Below, piece after piece: positions 63,324-64,000 of a DNA stretch of 64,000 nt (positions are counted from its first letter, which is position 1; each line of letters opens with the position of its first letter). The stretch lies in NCBI GenBank assembly GCA_035686845.1, contig DASRZA010000252.1, positions 2,101 through 66,100 of the forward strand, given 5' to 3'. The notes beneath the pieces were generated by a model. It was given only the letters and a program-made list of their open reading frames with translations. It made no database searches and was not told the DNA's origin. The position numbers and the translations under genes were made by a program. Source of the DNA: Armatimonadota bacterium (GTDB taxonomy: Bacteria > Armatimonadota > DASRZA01).

Positions 63324-64000
63324 ATGCCGGATAAAATCGGTGTAGGCATGATCGGTTACAAATTCATGGGGAAAGCGCACAGCAACGCCTTCCGACAGGC
63401 GGGGCATTATTTTGACCTGGATCTGGTTCCGGATATGCGCGTGGTGTGCGGACGGGATGCGGCCGGCGTATCCCAGGCGGCCGATCAGCTTGGTTGGCGG
63501 GAGCACGCGACGAGCTGGCGAGAAGTGATAGCAAGAGATGATATCGGCCTGGTGGATATTACCACGGGCAACGACACCCATTGCGAGATAGCGCTGGCGG
63601 CGGCCGCGGCAAAGAAGCATATCCTTTGCGAGAAGCCGCTTGCAATGACGGTGGCCGAGGCCCGACAGATGCTGGATGCCGCGGAAAAGGCCGGCGTCCG
63701 GCACATGGTCAACTTCAATTACCGCAAAGTCCCAGCCGTTCAGTTTGCGCGAAAGCTGATCCAGGAAGGCGCTGTGGGCAAAATCTACCACTGGCGGGCG
63801 GTCTATCTTCAAGACTGGATCGTGGATCCCAATTTCCCTCTCGTCTGGCGCCTCAAGAAGGAGTTGGCTGGGTCCGGCGCTCATGGCGACATCAACGCTC
63901 ATATTATCGATCTCTCCCGGTTTCTCGTCGGCGAAATCGCGGAAGTGAGCGGCCTGATGACCACTTTTATCAAGCAGCGTCCTGAACCGACGTCCATGAC
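63324..64000 (+). CDS. Gfo/Idh/MocA-family oxidoreductase (3' end beyond window)
   Basis: [28 protein letters not shown]...HILCEKPLA. The frame is open to the window edge. Confidence 0.75.
   Translation, partial: MPDKIGVGMIGYKFMGKAHSNAFRQAGHYFDLDLVPDMRVVCGRDAAGVSQAADQLGWREHATSWREVIARDDIGLVDITTGNDTHCEIALAAAAAKKHILCEKPLAMTVAEARQMLDAAEKAGVRHMVNFNYRKVPAVQFARKLIQEGAVGKIYHWRAVYLQDWIVDPNFPLVWRLKKELAGSGAHGDINAHIIDLSRFLVGEIAEVSGLMTTFIKQRPEPTSM

Noticed and set aside
62940-63902. 320-aa minus-strand ORF
   Set aside because: Antisense to the SurA-like gene and the 3' Gfo/Idh/MocA gene, which has a perfect SD and family motifs.
1-64000. tRNA, rRNA, tmRNA, integron/attC, IS elements with inverted repeats, prophage genes
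   Set aside because: Scanned intergenic and low-GC stretches by eye. No cloverleaf-compatible sequences, rRNA signatures, integrase/transposase (other than Rpn) or phage structural genes recognised.

Overview
High-GC (~65-70%) bacterial chromosomal segment, probably from a Planctomycetota/Armatimonadota/Verrucomicrobiota-like organism. The phylum guess rests on a DUF1559 pilin-like protein with an H-X9-DG motif, PBS-lyase HEAT repeat proteins, Gfo/Idh/MocA oxidoreductases, Tat-exported xylose-isomerase-like proteins and sulfatase-like enzymes. Gene density is high. I see no rRNA, tRNA, CRISPR, integron or prophage.

Main contents:
- A frameshifted secreted BNR/propeller protein.
- An ECF sigma factor, followed by a gene whose N-terminus is a zf-HC2 anti-sigma zinc finger fused to a complete GspE/PilB-type secretion ATPase. 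This is the most unusual module in the window.
- A PPC/DUF296 protein, an M24 peptidase, and a divergent MarR-ClC(CBS) pair.
- A minus-strand glycan/envelope locus at 10.2-20.0 kb (five GT4 glycosyltransferases, MurJ flippase, two atypical alpha/beta hydrolases, HEAT protein).
- dGTPase, SRPBCC protein and GDSL hydrolase.
- A lower-GC islet carrying an Rpn-family PD-(D/E)XK nuclease/putative transposase.
- nagB and cspA with its long leader.
- Sugar and nitrogen metabolism genes (M28 peptidase, Gfo/Idh/MocA, sulfatase-like protein with Thr at the formylglycine position, sugar-phosphate isomerases, glutamine-synthetase family, Fe-ADH, double GNAT).
- An OpcA-like orphan, a TPR protein and an NlpC/P60 peptidase.
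- A second minus-strand nucleotide-sugar locus at 41.4-49.8 kb (DegT aminotransferase, ManC-like NTP transferase, SDR epimerase, UDP-GlcNAc/ManNAc dehydrogenase, WecB, WcaI-like GT4, CapK-like ligase).
- A GH140/DUF4038-like hydrolase, a 2-hydroxyacid dehydrogenase, and a membrane protein with a Cys-less TlpA-like domain.
- A HEAT-THUMP-methyltransferase fusion, a PHP hydrolase, an STAS protein, rpsT, an SLT+M15 lipoprotein, a SurA/parvulin-like protein and a partial Gfo/Idh/MocA gene.

The window also carries a dispersed family of GC-rich heptanucleotide and short tandem repeats ((TCCGTCC)n, GTACC(T/C)CGCGCC, ~16-bp units). Most copies sit at gene boundaries. One array lies in-frame inside a glycosyltransferase gene. 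A tandem 89-bp-period duplication with strong hairpins sits in front of the HEAT-THUMP-MTase gene.
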